DNA of 46,775 bases from an uncultured Muribaculaceae bacterium (GCA_964542235.1 CAZITT010000001.1:1-46775); one strand, 5' to 3'; numbered from the stretch's first letter, positions 35,701-45,215 are shown. Program-made: numbers and translations. The notes: a model not told the origin generated them from the letters alone.

Positions 35701-36759
35701 TTAATTTAATAAAATTTTTAATTCACGTTTAATATTTTCATTATAATTTTTTAAATAATCATATTGTTTGTTTTTATTTTTTTTAGCTTTTATTATACTA
35801 TCTATTATGTCATTTGATGTTTTAATATTAGGACAATATTTTTGTAAATGAGATGGCATAAAGACATCTAATCCTAACGTTTTAGCTTCTAATCCTACTA
35901 TTCCCTGCCCTTCATAGCGAGACATCATAATAAATCCATCCATCAAATTCATAATATTATAAGGATTACTTTTCTCTCCTAATAAAGTGATGCTATTATT
36001 TAGATTATTTTTATTTATTTTATTAATGATATTAAACTTTTCTTCACCATCACCAATGATATAAAGATGAATATCATCTCTTTTTTGTTTTATTTTATGA
36101 AAATTATCAATCAAAATATCCATCCCTTTAACTTTTGCAAATCTACCAACACTAATTAAATTATATTTACTTTGATCAATTTTTAAATTTATTTTTTCTT
36201 TACTCTTTTCTATGACGTCATCCACAATAATCAAATTTGGAATTACCTGATAATTTTTATTAGCGAAAGGATATATATTATAAAATGATGATACTATTCC
36301 TTTAGAAACAAAAACAAATTTTTGATATAATTTAAATTTACTTTTTGATAAAATACTTGATATTTTATATCTTTTTTCATATTGATACTTTTTTTCTAAA
36401 TCACTATGAATAAAACAAACTTTATTTTTAGAATTAGTATTTAATGTTGCGATTGCTGTTTCATTGCTATAACTGTTAAAATCAATTGCCAAATCATAGC
36501 TTTTATCGATAAAGTAATTATTTTTATAAAGTTTATTTAAAATATTAAAAGGAAGATACTTACCAATCTTAGGTAATTTATCTAAATATTTTATATTTAT
36601 ATTTTTACTTTTTTCTATTTTGCCAATATTAAAAAAGTTGCTTTTATCAAAAAGATATAAATCAATATCGACATTATTAATATTTTCTAAAATATTAATT
36701 AATGATCTTTGGATTCCTCCAACATGTAAATCTGTTTGAAAAATAGCAACTTTTTTCAT
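35701..36759 (-). CDS. GT-B fold (family 4-like) glycosyltransferase
   Basis: N-terminal KVAIFQTDLHVGGIQRSL and C-terminal SRYEGQGIVGLEAKTLG (E-x7-E-like) motif. Its start overlaps the upstream stop (ATGA). Confidence 0.8.
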   Translation of the reverse strand: MKKVAIFQTDLHVGGIQRSLINILENINNVDIDLYLFDKSNFFNIGKIEKSKNINIKYLDKLPKIGKYLPFNILNKLYKNNYFIDKSYDLAIDFNSYSNETAIATLNTNSKNKVCFIHSDLEKKYQYEKRYKISSILSKSKFKLYQKFVFVSKGIVSSFYNIYPFANKNYQVIPNLIIVDDVIEKSKEKINLKIDQSKYNLISVGRFAKVKGMDILIDNFHKIKQKRDDIHLYIIGDGEEKFNIINKINKNNLNNSITLLGEKSNPYNIMNLMDGFIMMSRYEGQGIVGLEAKTLGLDVFMPSHLQKYCPNIKTSNDIIDSIIKAKKNKNKQYDYLKNYNENIKRELKILLN

Positions 36760-38255
36760 CTTAATTTCTTCCTCTCATTACGTATAAAATTAAAGATATA
36801 TCCTGCTGTTATTGCCCCATATATACTTACAGTTGGGGCAAAATAAGTATGCCCTGAAAAATACGCAATAGAAAATGTTAATATTAAGGTAATTCCACAA
36901 CAAATTATTTTATCATTATCTAAATGTTTTTTTATTTTATTTAAAAACAATATAACAAATCTTATTAAAATATACGAAGGCAATAATAAATAGATTACCA
37001 ATCCTATTATACCATAAGAATAGTATATATCAAAATAATCAGATTCGGCAATTACCTCATTTTCTTTGTCATTATATAAGGTGGATCCAAATAATTTTTG
37101 GATAAAACTTGCATCCTTAACTAATTCTTTTTTTATTTCTCTTTTTGTCTTTCTTCCACTATATATTATATCAATAATTGGACTATCTTCATCAATTAAT
37201 GCCCCTTCTTTGTTTTCACTTTTAATATAGTAATCATAACGATTTAATTGATATATGTAATTATAATAATTTGGTGAAAAATAAGTTAAGCAAATGGTTA
37301 TTGCAATTAAAATAAAATAATAGCCAACTTTTTTTATACCATTTTTACTGATTATAAAAATGATAAATTGTCTTAATAAATAAAAAGATAAAGAAAAAAT
37401 TAAAGCGAGAGCTAAAGTTTTTGTGCCTATAATTAATAAGCCGCAGGAATAAAAGATAAATATGACATATTTAGTAAATTGGTTTTTTACTTTATTAATA
37501 CTTAAGACAACAAATGGCGATAAGATAGCTAATAAATTGCTAACTTCATTTGGAGATCTAAACCACCCTATTTCTCCTTGCTTGCCCCAGCCATTAAATT
37601 CGGGTGATGATATCAATAATAAAGCAATCGAAATTACTATAATATAAACATTACTAATAATATTAATTATTTTGTTAAAATAATCCTCTTTCTTAAATGA
37701 TATTAATTTTAGTGATATAACAGGAGCAAGCAGTAAAACAGCATTAATAAAGCCTGATAAAGAAAACCAATTATAATCAGCATAACAACCAGAATCATAT
37801 GTTTTAACTGAACTAGACATTATCATCGCTAACATTATAAATCCAATATATATAAATGAAATTATTGATAAAATATTGAAAATATTTTCCTTTTTACTTT
37901 TATAAAATAAAATAATAAAAAATAAAATCATCATTGGATAATAGATTAATTTAGCAATAAAAATTAATTCTAACATTAATGTTTTAAGATTTATAAATGG
38001 CATATTGGCAACCAAAAAACCACTTACAAAAAAAATCACTAAAATACTATAAATTAACCAAACTTTTTTATTATTTTTAAAAATATAAAAGTAGGCAAGA
38101 AACAAAACGAAAAAACGAAATAATGCACTAAAAGAAATTCCAACTATATTTAACTCATTAGTTAAAGATGAAATTATATCAATCATTGGACTTAGAATTA
38201 ACAATATCTCTACTATCGACATTTTTTCTTTTATTTTGGTAATTATTTCTTTCAT
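36756..38255 (-). CDS. wzy: Wzy / O-antigen-ligase family polymerase-like membrane protein
   Basis: About 12 TM segments with one larger external loop (GWGKQGEIGWFRSPNEVSNLLAILSP), characteristic of the Wzy_C/O-antigen ligase family. I prefer the ATG at 38255, preceded by AAGGAGG. Confidence 0.7.
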   Translation of the reverse strand: MKEIITKIKEKMSIVEILLILSPMIDIISSLTNELNIVGISFSALFRFFVLFLAYFYIFKNNKKVWLIYSILVIFFVSGFLVANMPFINLKTLMLELIFIAKLIYYPMMILFFIILFYKSKKENIFNILSIISFIYIGFIMLAMIMSSSVKTYDSGCYADYNWFSLSGFINAVLLLAPVISLKLISFKKEDYFNKIINIISNVYIIVISIALLLISSPEFNGWGKQGEIGWFRSPNEVSNLLAILSPFVVLSINKVKNQFTKYVIFIFYSCGLLIIGTKTLALALIFSLSFYLLRQFIIFIISKNGIKKVGYYFILIAITICLTYFSPNYYNYIYQLNRYDYYIKSENKEGALIDEDSPIIDIIYSGRKTKREIKKELVKDASFIQKLFGSTLYNDKENEVIAESDYFDIYYSYGIIGLVIYLLLPSYILIRFVILFLNKIKKHLDNDKIICCGITLILTFSIAYFSGHTYFAPTVSIYGAITAGYIFNFIRNERKKLR

Positions 38256-38271
38256 AGGAACCTCCTTAAGA

Positions 38272-39495
38272 TTATTTAACAATCCAGGCATTAATTACAT
38301 ATCTTTGCCCTACTGAATTAGTTACTCTTGGTTTATTGATCAATTTGTTATTAATAATTAAAGTAGATGATCCACCACCATCTAAATTAGCAGCATTATA
38401 AGCTTTATATTTAACAAATATATCGGCTAATTCCTTAATACTTATTCCAACACTACTAGACTGTCTACCATCAATAACAACCAAAATAACAATTCCATCT
38501 TGTCTTTGACCAATTGCTGTTCTAGGATGAATTCCGTATCCACCATTACCTTTAAAAGTTGATACCTTGCCATTGACGATTAAATATGGACCAAATTCAA
38601 CAGCATCTCTAATGCCATTAGCAACTGCTTGTTTAGCGGTTTGGTTAGTTAGCGTTAAAACATTATCATTATTAAATGCTATTAATTGCCCTTTTTTACC
38701 ATTATTATAATATATTTTTCCATCAGTAATAACATTGCCACTAGGTTTAATTAATGATCCTACTCTTTTAAAGCCTCCGGCATTAATACCAATAACAGCA
38801 TTATTATCTTTTACTATTTTTTCAACGGTTTGACCACTATTAGATAAATTTTTTGCCATAACAAAACTAATTCGTGAAGGATCGTATAAAACAACCATAT
38901 AACCTTTATAATTATCTCCTTCAATTTCTACTAATTTATATAAATCATTGCCTTCATCTTTTTTTAATACTTGTTCCTCATAAGCTGATTCATAATAATT
39001 TTGTTCTTCTATTTCAGTGATTTTTATCTTTGAAGTATCAGTTTCTCCTCCTACTTCAATAGTAACATTCTCACTTGCTATTTGTTTTACTTTTTCTTCA
39101 GAATAAAGGACATATGCATAATAACGATGAGACATTGTCGTAAGGGCTGTTGTTACTAACCAATCTCTAAAAAAACTAAGTGGTCCATAAGCAACGAAAA
39201 AAGAAATTATTACTAAAACATCTAAAATTATTAACAATTTGCCATAGAAATATTTAGATTTTTTAAATTTACTGTTATTTTTATTTACTTGATTAAGGTC
39301 TTCCTCAATTTTATTTTTTGACTTATCGATATCAGCTGCTATATCCTCAATTATTTCTACATTCTTTTTATTTTTAAATAATTTTTTAATTAACTTTTTC
39401 TTAGATTTTTCGGTAGTATCGATGATAGCATCTAGATTTTTTATAGCCGCTACTTTGCTTAAATCAATATTTTTATCGTTATCATTATTTTTCAT
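38272..39495 (-). CDS. membrane-anchored phosphodiester glycosidase family protein (NAGPA / 'uncovering enzyme'-like)
   Basis: Lys-rich cytoplasmic N-terminus and one TM. C-terminal domain motifs are IGINAGGF, HPRTAIGQRQDG, VIDGRQ and NLDGGGSST. Confidence 0.75.
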   Translation of the reverse strand: MKNNDNDKNIDLSKVAAIKNLDAIIDTTEKSKKKLIKKLFKNKKNVEIIEDIAADIDKSKNKIEEDLNQVNKNNSKFKKSKYFYGKLLIILDVLVIISFFVAYGPLSFFRDWLVTTALTTMSHRYYAYVLYSEEKVKQIASENVTIEVGGETDTSKIKITEIEEQNYYESAYEEQVLKKDEGNDLYKLVEIEGDNYKGYMVVLYDPSRISFVMAKNLSNSGQTVEKIVKDNNAVIGINAGGFKRVGSLIKPSGNVITDGKIYYNNGKKGQLIAFNNDNVLTLTNQTAKQAVANGIRDAVEFGPYLIVNGKVSTFKGNGGYGIHPRTAIGQRQDGIVILVVIDGRQSSSVGISIKELADIFVKYKAYNAANLDGGGSSTLIINNKLINKPRVTNSVGQRYVINAWIVK

Positions 39496-40873
39496 CTGAC
39501 GCTACCTCCAATTCATAAGGATTATTTTTGGTTCCATTTCCTTTTAAAATATTAACATCATCTTTTAAATAGATAGATGGTCTTATTTTTTTCTTAGCAG
39601 TAACAAAGTCCGCAAAAAAAGTTTTATCATCAGTAGTACTGTATACCAAGGTATTATTACTTCCATATGGTCTATTTGACAAGAAGACATTTAAATAATC
39701 TTGAACGTATAAATCGCCTATTTTCAATAAACCAACATTAGCATTATATTTAGCATTATAAACATCTTTATAATTATATTTATTATAGCCAGTATAAACT
39801 CCATAGTACCAATCTGATTTAACTATATACTCTTTACTATTTAAAGAATTATAAAAATTATTATTTAAGTAATAACCAATAGTTCCTTTAGCTGTAGAAA
39901 ATTTACTATTACCATAAGTTATATCAATTTCATTACCTTCATTATCTTTAATATATCCATCAAGTGCTAATTGAATTTTTCCTTCTTGTTTTGATATAAC
40001 TTTCCATAGATAATTACTATATTTTATATAATTAGAAACACTAACATTTGCTAATATATTGACATTATTATTTTCAATTATATATGGATCGCTTTTAGTT
40101 CCTGTTCCTGATACTAGGTTAGTATAATTTCTAATCGTAATAACTGGTCTTATTCCATGGCTGGATCCTAATATTTTGCCTTCTTGAATTCCACCATCTG
40201 ATGCTACATACCAATATTGATTATTGCTATTAGTAGTTGCAAGCCACCAATCTTCTTCATTATTTAAATAGCTTTTAGATCCTCCTATTTTTTTATAATC
40301 ATTAAGTGATAATAAAGTTACATAATCTTCTTCATATAAACTATTACACGTTATAGCCTCAACATTATCTATTTTATCTATACACAAAGAAGTTTTTTCC
40401 ATATATTCATACTGATTGTTTAAACTCTTAAAATAAATACCAGTATTATTGACATTTTTAATATTTTCTAACCAATATCTAATAGGAGCATTTTGATATT
40501 TATCAGCTTGTTCTTGAATAAATAAGGTATCTGATTCTTCTCTAATCATTTTAATATTTTTATCTTGATCGATATCAATAATTCTCCACATTCTACCAGA
40601 GTACATAACATAATTTTTAATAGCATTACCTTTATAGGTATAAGTGCCATCATCATTATCTATTAATCCATTATCTAGATCAATATAACTAATATATTTT
40701 AATAGATCATCAACTAAAACAACTGCTTGATCAGATAATCCATTAGTGTTTTGTTTTAAATAATAATATACAAGGCGATATGAATAAAATATTACAAAAA
40801 AAAGAATAATTAAGGAATTAATTATATAGAAAAATGTTCTTTTTTTTATTTTTGATCTAGTTTTATTATCCAT
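39485..40873 (-). CDS. signal-anchored extracellular protein with two tandem DUF6273-like modules, function unknown
   Basis: N-terminal TM. Two repeats each end in a basic-RP-hydrophobic strand followed by G(T/N)GTKx(D/N)PY: HGIRPVITI...GTGTKSDPYIIE and KKIRPSIYL...GNGTKNNPYELE. WWLATT and WRIIDID motifs also occur. Confidence 0.45.
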   Translation of the reverse strand: MDNKTRSKIKKRTFFYIINSLIILFFVIFYSYRLVYYYLKQNTNGLSDQAVVLVDDLLKYISYIDLDNGLIDNDDGTYTYKGNAIKNYVMYSGRMWRIIDIDQDKNIKMIREESDTLFIQEQADKYQNAPIRYWLENIKNVNNTGIYFKSLNNQYEYMEKTSLCIDKIDNVEAITCNSLYEEDYVTLLSLNDYKKIGGSKSYLNNEEDWWLATTNSNNQYWYVASDGGIQEGKILGSSHGIRPVITIRNYTNLVSGTGTKSDPYIIENNNVNILANVSVSNYIKYSNYLWKVISKQEGKIQLALDGYIKDNEGNEIDITYGNSKFSTAKGTIGYYLNNNFYNSLNSKEYIVKSDWYYGVYTGYNKYNYKDVYNAKYNANVGLLKIGDLYVQDYLNVFLSNRPYGSNNTLVYSTTDDKTFFADFVTAKKKIRPSIYLKDDVNILKGNGTKNNPYELEVASDEK

Positions 40874-40890
40874 GTTGAAAGCTTCCCTTC

Positions 40891-41577
40891 TTAATCTCCA
40901 AAGTCATTTTGATAAGCGATTAAGCTGGCATTAATCATGCCATTTATATCACTAAATTTATCAACAATATCTTCATCAATTTTACCATTTTTATCACTTC
41001 TTAAATCCATTTCAAAAGTAAGTTCTACTTCATGGCCATATAGTGATTTGCTTTTTAACTTATATTTGGGCATTTTTTTAAGAGTACTAATTACTTCTTC
41101 ATGAGCATTAGCATTATATTTTAATATTAATAAATATCTACTTGATACTTTAAAACCCATTAAATAGCTAATATAATATAAAATTCCTAAAATAAGTGAA
41201 CCAATTATCGCTGGTAAATAAAAGCCCGCTCCTGCCATAATCCCAGCGGAAATGCCCCAAAACATAAAACCAGTATCAACAGGTTCTTTAACAGCTGTTC
41301 TAAATCTGACAATAGATAAAGCACCAACCATACCAAGTGATAATGAGATGTTGGAAGATATGGTTCTAATGATTAAAGCTGTAACCATTGCTAGCATAAT
41401 AATACATAATGCAAAGGCTTTAGAATAAACAACTCCGGTATAGGTCTTCCTATATATGTAAACAATAAATATGCCAATCATAAAAGCTATCAATAATGAT
41501 AATAACATCTGCTCAATAGTAATTGTTCCGGTAAATTCTTCCAAAACCGATTTTTTAATTGCATCAACAAAACTCAT
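40891..41577 (-). CDS. DUF4956-family membrane protein
   Basis: 228 aa with 4-5 TM segments containing LSIVRFRTAVKEPVDTGFMFWGISAGIMAGAG. About 85 aa form a soluble C-terminal tail. It follows the VTC gene by 16 nt with an AAAGGAG RBS. Confidence 0.7.
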   Translation of the reverse strand: MSFVDAIKKSVLEEFTGTITIEQMLLSLLIAFMIGIFIVYIYRKTYTGVVYSKAFALCIIMLAMVTALIIRTISSNISLSLGMVGALSIVRFRTAVKEPVDTGFMFWGISAGIMAGAGFYLPAIIGSLILGILYYISYLMGFKVSSRYLLILKYNANAHEEVISTLKKMPKYKLKSKSLYGHEVELTFEMDLRSDKNGKIDEDIVDKFSDINGMINASLIAYQNDFGD

Positions 41578-41593
41578 AAAATATTACTCCTTT

Positions 41594-42274
41594 TTATTTA
41601 ATACTACGACATTTAGCAAATTTTGAAACAGCTTCTCGACACATTGGAATAGTTTCAATAATTGTTGCAATATGACTTGGTAGTATTTCATTAAATTTTA
41701 TTTCTAATACTTGTTTTTTATCTCCTATAACTTCAAAACTAGGAGCTTTTTTATTAAATAAGTCAACATTATACATCCCAGATTTAATATGGGAATCAAA
41801 TGTAACTCTAACTTCTGATAATGGATAAATATAAGCGATTCGATGATATTCAACGATGATGGATGGGATTAATTTTTTAGTTTTCACATCTAGCAAAAAC
41901 TCTGTTAATAAAGGATCATTTGTCGAAATATCACTTATTTTACCTAAAATAATTTTACTATATATATCTCTAGAAATCAAGGTTTGTTTTTTGGAAGTTA
42001 ACGTATTATATTTTAATTTAGCTTCAAGTCTTATAAAATTTTCATCGTTATTATAAATTCTAACTCGATACTTTTTGCGATATAAAACTCCATCTATTTT
42101 TTCATAATAACTACTTGATTTTAAATCATCAAAATATAAACTTTTAACGAGATATGAATGATCATCAAAATAAGAATTATTATCATTTTTCATAACTAAA
42201 TTAAGTCTTTGTTTTAATATTTCTGCTTGATTATCAGAAATTATAAATTTTAATTCATGTCTATACTTACTCAT
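41594..42274 (-). CDS. VTC-domain (polyphosphate polymerase catalytic tunnel-like) protein
   Basis: Starts MSKYRHELKFII, followed by VKSLYFDD, YRKKYRVRIY, FIRLEAKLK, VRVTFDS, LEIKFNE and SKFAKCR. This matches the conserved ladder of basic/aromatic strands in bacterial VTC-domain proteins. I prefer the ATG at 42274, 4 nt after the CotH stop. Confidence 0.75.
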   Translation of the reverse strand: MSKYRHELKFIISDNQAEILKQRLNLVMKNDNNSYFDDHSYLVKSLYFDDLKSSSYYEKIDGVLYRKKYRVRIYNNDENFIRLEAKLKYNTLTSKKQTLISRDIYSKIILGKISDISTNDPLLTEFLLDVKTKKLIPSIIVEYHRIAYIYPLSEVRVTFDSHIKSGMYNVDLFNKKAPSFEVIGDKKQVLEIKFNEILPSHIATIIETIPMCREAVSKFAKCRSIK

Positions 42275-42278
42275 AACA

Positions 42279-45179
42279 TCACCCAAATAATTCCTTAGCT
42301 TTACTACTTGATAGTCCAAAAAAACTTTTTGCTTGACTTCTAATATAACTTTGTCTTTGTTTAGTAAACGTCTTTAAGTAATTAACTTGATTTTTCCATT
42401 CGTTATAAGAATAACCCCATTTATCTAAATTTCTCTTCATTTCAGGTTGTAATTCATTATATATTTGATCAATCATTGCATTGACATTGGCAGTTGACCA
42501 AGTATTTTTCAAATTATAACTAAGTCTTTCAATATAAGTATTTTTAAATTCTTTATTTTTCATTAAATTTCTAAGTAAGAAAGTTGAATAATGATTAAAT
42601 GTCATCCCGCTAGAAGAAGTTGAAAACTGAAAGTAATTTTTTTCTGGATGATACATTGAATAATCTAAATCGTAAAAAATGAAATGCCATTTTCCATTGT
42701 CGACATAAGGATTAGAAAAATATCTACAATTGACAATATCGTTATTAGTTGTCCAAGTCTCAGCAATCCAAAAATCAATTAAATTCTCAATATCGATTTG
42801 CTTTTTTATTTCTTCATAATATTTTTGATTGCTCATCGAATGAGTTTTTATATAATTTAACATATTATTGTATTTTGTACTGCTGCCACTTTTAACATTG
42901 CCATCTATTCTTAAAATATCAGATTTTTCGCCACTAACGTTATAGTTATTATCAACAAAAGTAGCATCTACTTTCTCTCTAATGTAATAAATTCCCCAAT
43001 AATTTCCATTAATATATAAAATTGTTGATTTATATGCTTGAACATCAACATTAGTATATTTATCAACTAATGATGTTGTTACAAGATCTCTAATAATAGC
43101 ATGTCTATCGCCAGGCGCTTGTTCATCTTGAGAACCAGTCCTAAGTACTAGCGAATTAAAAACTGAAAAATCACGATTATCAAATACTTGATACTCCAGT
43201 TCGCCTTCTCCATATTTCTTTTTAAAAACTATTTCAAAGCTTTTTTTGGCATGGCCTCTTGTTGAACCACCAAATAATTGTAAAGCACAAGGTATTTCAA
43301 AGCCTTCTTTGCCATTTTCAAAAAACTCAGCATAAGCTGCTACTTCTAAACCCGTAACCCAAGCATTTCTACTTAAATAACTAAAATCGCTTTGTTTTAG
43401 GCTAACAGACATTACGGGAAGAATATGATTTTCATTAATAATATAAGAATTAGCAACTACTTCACTGTTTAACTTTCCCGATTCCACTGAAATAGCTTTA
43501 ACTACAGAGGTTTTTGATAAAGTAAGGGGACCTTTATATACTTTTGAAGATGTCGTTGGTTTTGACCCATCCAAGGTATAATAAATAGTCCCTTCACCTT
43601 TAATTTCAACGCTTATATTTTTTACATCGTTATATATACCTGCTTCTTTTAAAATATCCGGTTTAAATGCTATCGCTTTTTGTCCTTTATTATTTTTAGC
43701 TTTTGGCGTCGGTGACGAATAATAAAATATTCCACTACTATTTCCTTTTCCAACGCTGTAACCCGTTAATACATCAGCCATAAATAAAGAATCAACAATT
43801 TTATTATTTTTTACTAAGTAAATCCCTTCTATATCTCCTAATTTAAAATTAGCATGTTTATAAGAACTATTGGATAATTTAGTGTTACCTGATGCCATAA
43901 TAATATAATATTCACCTTTTTTTAACTCCACATCAGGTAATTTATACATGTTCATATTATCAGTACTAGTGGTAAGATAATAATCACTTAATTTTATAGT
44001 AGAATTACTATTATTTTTTAATTCAATCCAATCATAATATCTTCCACCATTTTGCGCCATATATTTATAATTAGAGTTCATTGCTTCATTAATAATTAAT
44101 GTATCTTTAGTTTTTATTGTTGAGTTAAATTTTTCAATACCATTTGTATTATTAATATAGCCTGGACTAATACTACTACCCTTAAAAAAACCATTATTTC
44201 CTCTAATATAAGCAAGTCCATTAGACAAACTACTATATTTTACTGAATCAACAACTTGTCCTTTACTATTAGCAAGAACTACTACGCCATCAAAATTATT
44301 AAGTTTAAAATTAGCATGTAATATACCTTCAGTTATATTGCGATTAGATGTATAAACTAAGACAACTTCTCCTTTTTTAATTTTAAGATCAGGAAATTGC
44401 CATCTAAAATTAATTGAATCATCGTTTGATAAACTATATCCTTTTAAATTAATAGTTTCATTTCCAATATTAATTACCTCAATATAACCACTAAAACTAT
44501 CATAATTATCAGTGAAATAGCCTTTATTATTAGGCAATATTTCATTTATTACAATACTATTTTCTTCATTTGATATAAGAGATTTTAAAAATAAATTATG
44601 TCCTTCTACTGTATTAGCATATCCTGGTGTTGGCTTAGTTTGAATTATCCACGAACCATTTAAATCTCTTGCCATAACATAATTGTTTGATAGTCCAACC
44701 GTTGTAACCGCATCAATGGTTTTACCATTAGGATTTCTTAGTGTTAAAGTCTCTCCACCACCACTTTTAAGTTTAAAATTAACATATAATCCATTTATTT
44801 TGCTACCACTTAAAAAAACAACAAGATATTCGCCTCTTTTAACAATGGCGTTAGGAAATGTCCACTTTATTTTATTAGCAACATCAGATAAACCATAGTT
44901 TTTTAAATTGACATCTTTACTAGTACCATTATATATTTCCACATAGTCATATAAATTGCCATTAGAATCAAGATAAGCTCCTTTATTAGCAGTCATAATT
45001 TCATTAATTACTAATTTATTTACAACAACTTCTCCTGATTCTAAATCTTTTTCTTTTAAAGATGCTTTTTTACCACTAGTACCAAAAAAGATAGATAAGA
45101 CTAAAAAAACAACAACAATTAATATTGCTATAATGAAAAAATCCTTTTCCTTTAGAAATTTATTTTTATCAAACTTCAC
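42279..45179 (-). CDS. signal-anchored CotH kinase-family protein with three lamin-tail-like domains and a chitobiase-C-type module
   Basis: GTG start with a GAGGTAG RBS. TM segment FFIIAILIVVVFLVLSIFFG. Three LTD-like repeats begin VINEIMTAN, VINEILPNN and IINEAMNSN, each ending in a FKL..(G/F).G motif. Also GTIYYTLDGSKPTTSS. The C-terminal ~370 aa CotH domain shows FEIVFKKKYG, LVLRTGSQD, YINGNYWGIYYIREK and KWHFIFYDLDYS. Confidence 0.85.
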   Translation of the reverse strand: MKFDKNKFLKEKDFFIIAILIVVVFLVLSIFFGTSGKKASLKEKDLESGEVVVNKLVINEIMTANKGAYLDSNGNLYDYVEIYNGTSKDVNLKNYGLSDVANKIKWTFPNAIVKRGEYLVVFLSGSKINGLYVNFKLKSGGGETLTLRNPNGKTIDAVTTVGLSNNYVMARDLNGSWIIQTKPTPGYANTVEGHNLFLKSLISNEENSIVINEILPNNKGYFTDNYDSFSGYIEVINIGNETINLKGYSLSNDDSINFRWQFPDLKIKKGEVVLVYTSNRNITEGILHANFKLNNFDGVVVLANSKGQVVDSVKYSSLSNGLAYIRGNNGFFKGSSISPGYINNTNGIEKFNSTIKTKDTLIINEAMNSNYKYMAQNGGRYYDWIELKNNSNSTIKLSDYYLTTSTDNMNMYKLPDVELKKGEYYIIMASGNTKLSNSSYKHANFKLGDIEGIYLVKNNKIVDSLFMADVLTGYSVGKGNSSGIFYYSSPTPKAKNNKGQKAIAFKPDILKEAGIYNDVKNISVEIKGEGTIYYTLDGSKPTTSSKVYKGPLTLSKTSVVKAISVESGKLNSEVVANSYIINENHILPVMSVSLKQSDFSYLSRNAWVTGLEVAAYAEFFENGKEGFEIPCALQLFGGSTRGHAKKSFEIVFKKKYGEGELEYQVFDNRDFSVFNSLVLRTGSQDEQAPGDRHAIIRDLVTTSLVDKYTNVDVQAYKSTILYINGNYWGIYYIREKVDATFVDNNYNVSGEKSDILRIDGNVKSGSSTKYNNMLNYIKTHSMSNQKYYEEIKKQIDIENLIDFWIAETWTTNNDIVNCRYFSNPYVDNGKWHFIFYDLDYSMYHPEKNYFQFSTSSSGMTFNHYSTFLLRNLMKNKEFKNTYIERLSYNLKNTWSTANVNAMIDQIYNELQPEMKRNLDKWGYSYNEWKNQVNYLKTFTKQRQSYIRSQAKSFFGLSSSKAKELFG

Positions 45180-45215
45180 TACTATCTACCTCGTATCTAC
45201 TTTATTTTCATTCTA

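Noticed and set aside
42279-42281. Mollicutes-type code (UGA = Trp), given the extreme AT richness
   Set aside because: TGA terminates the CotH, wzx and wzy ORFs exactly where the next gene's RBS and start follow. Trp residues in conserved motifs are encoded by TGG. The presence of PBP, LtaS and LCP genes also indicates a walled Firmicute.
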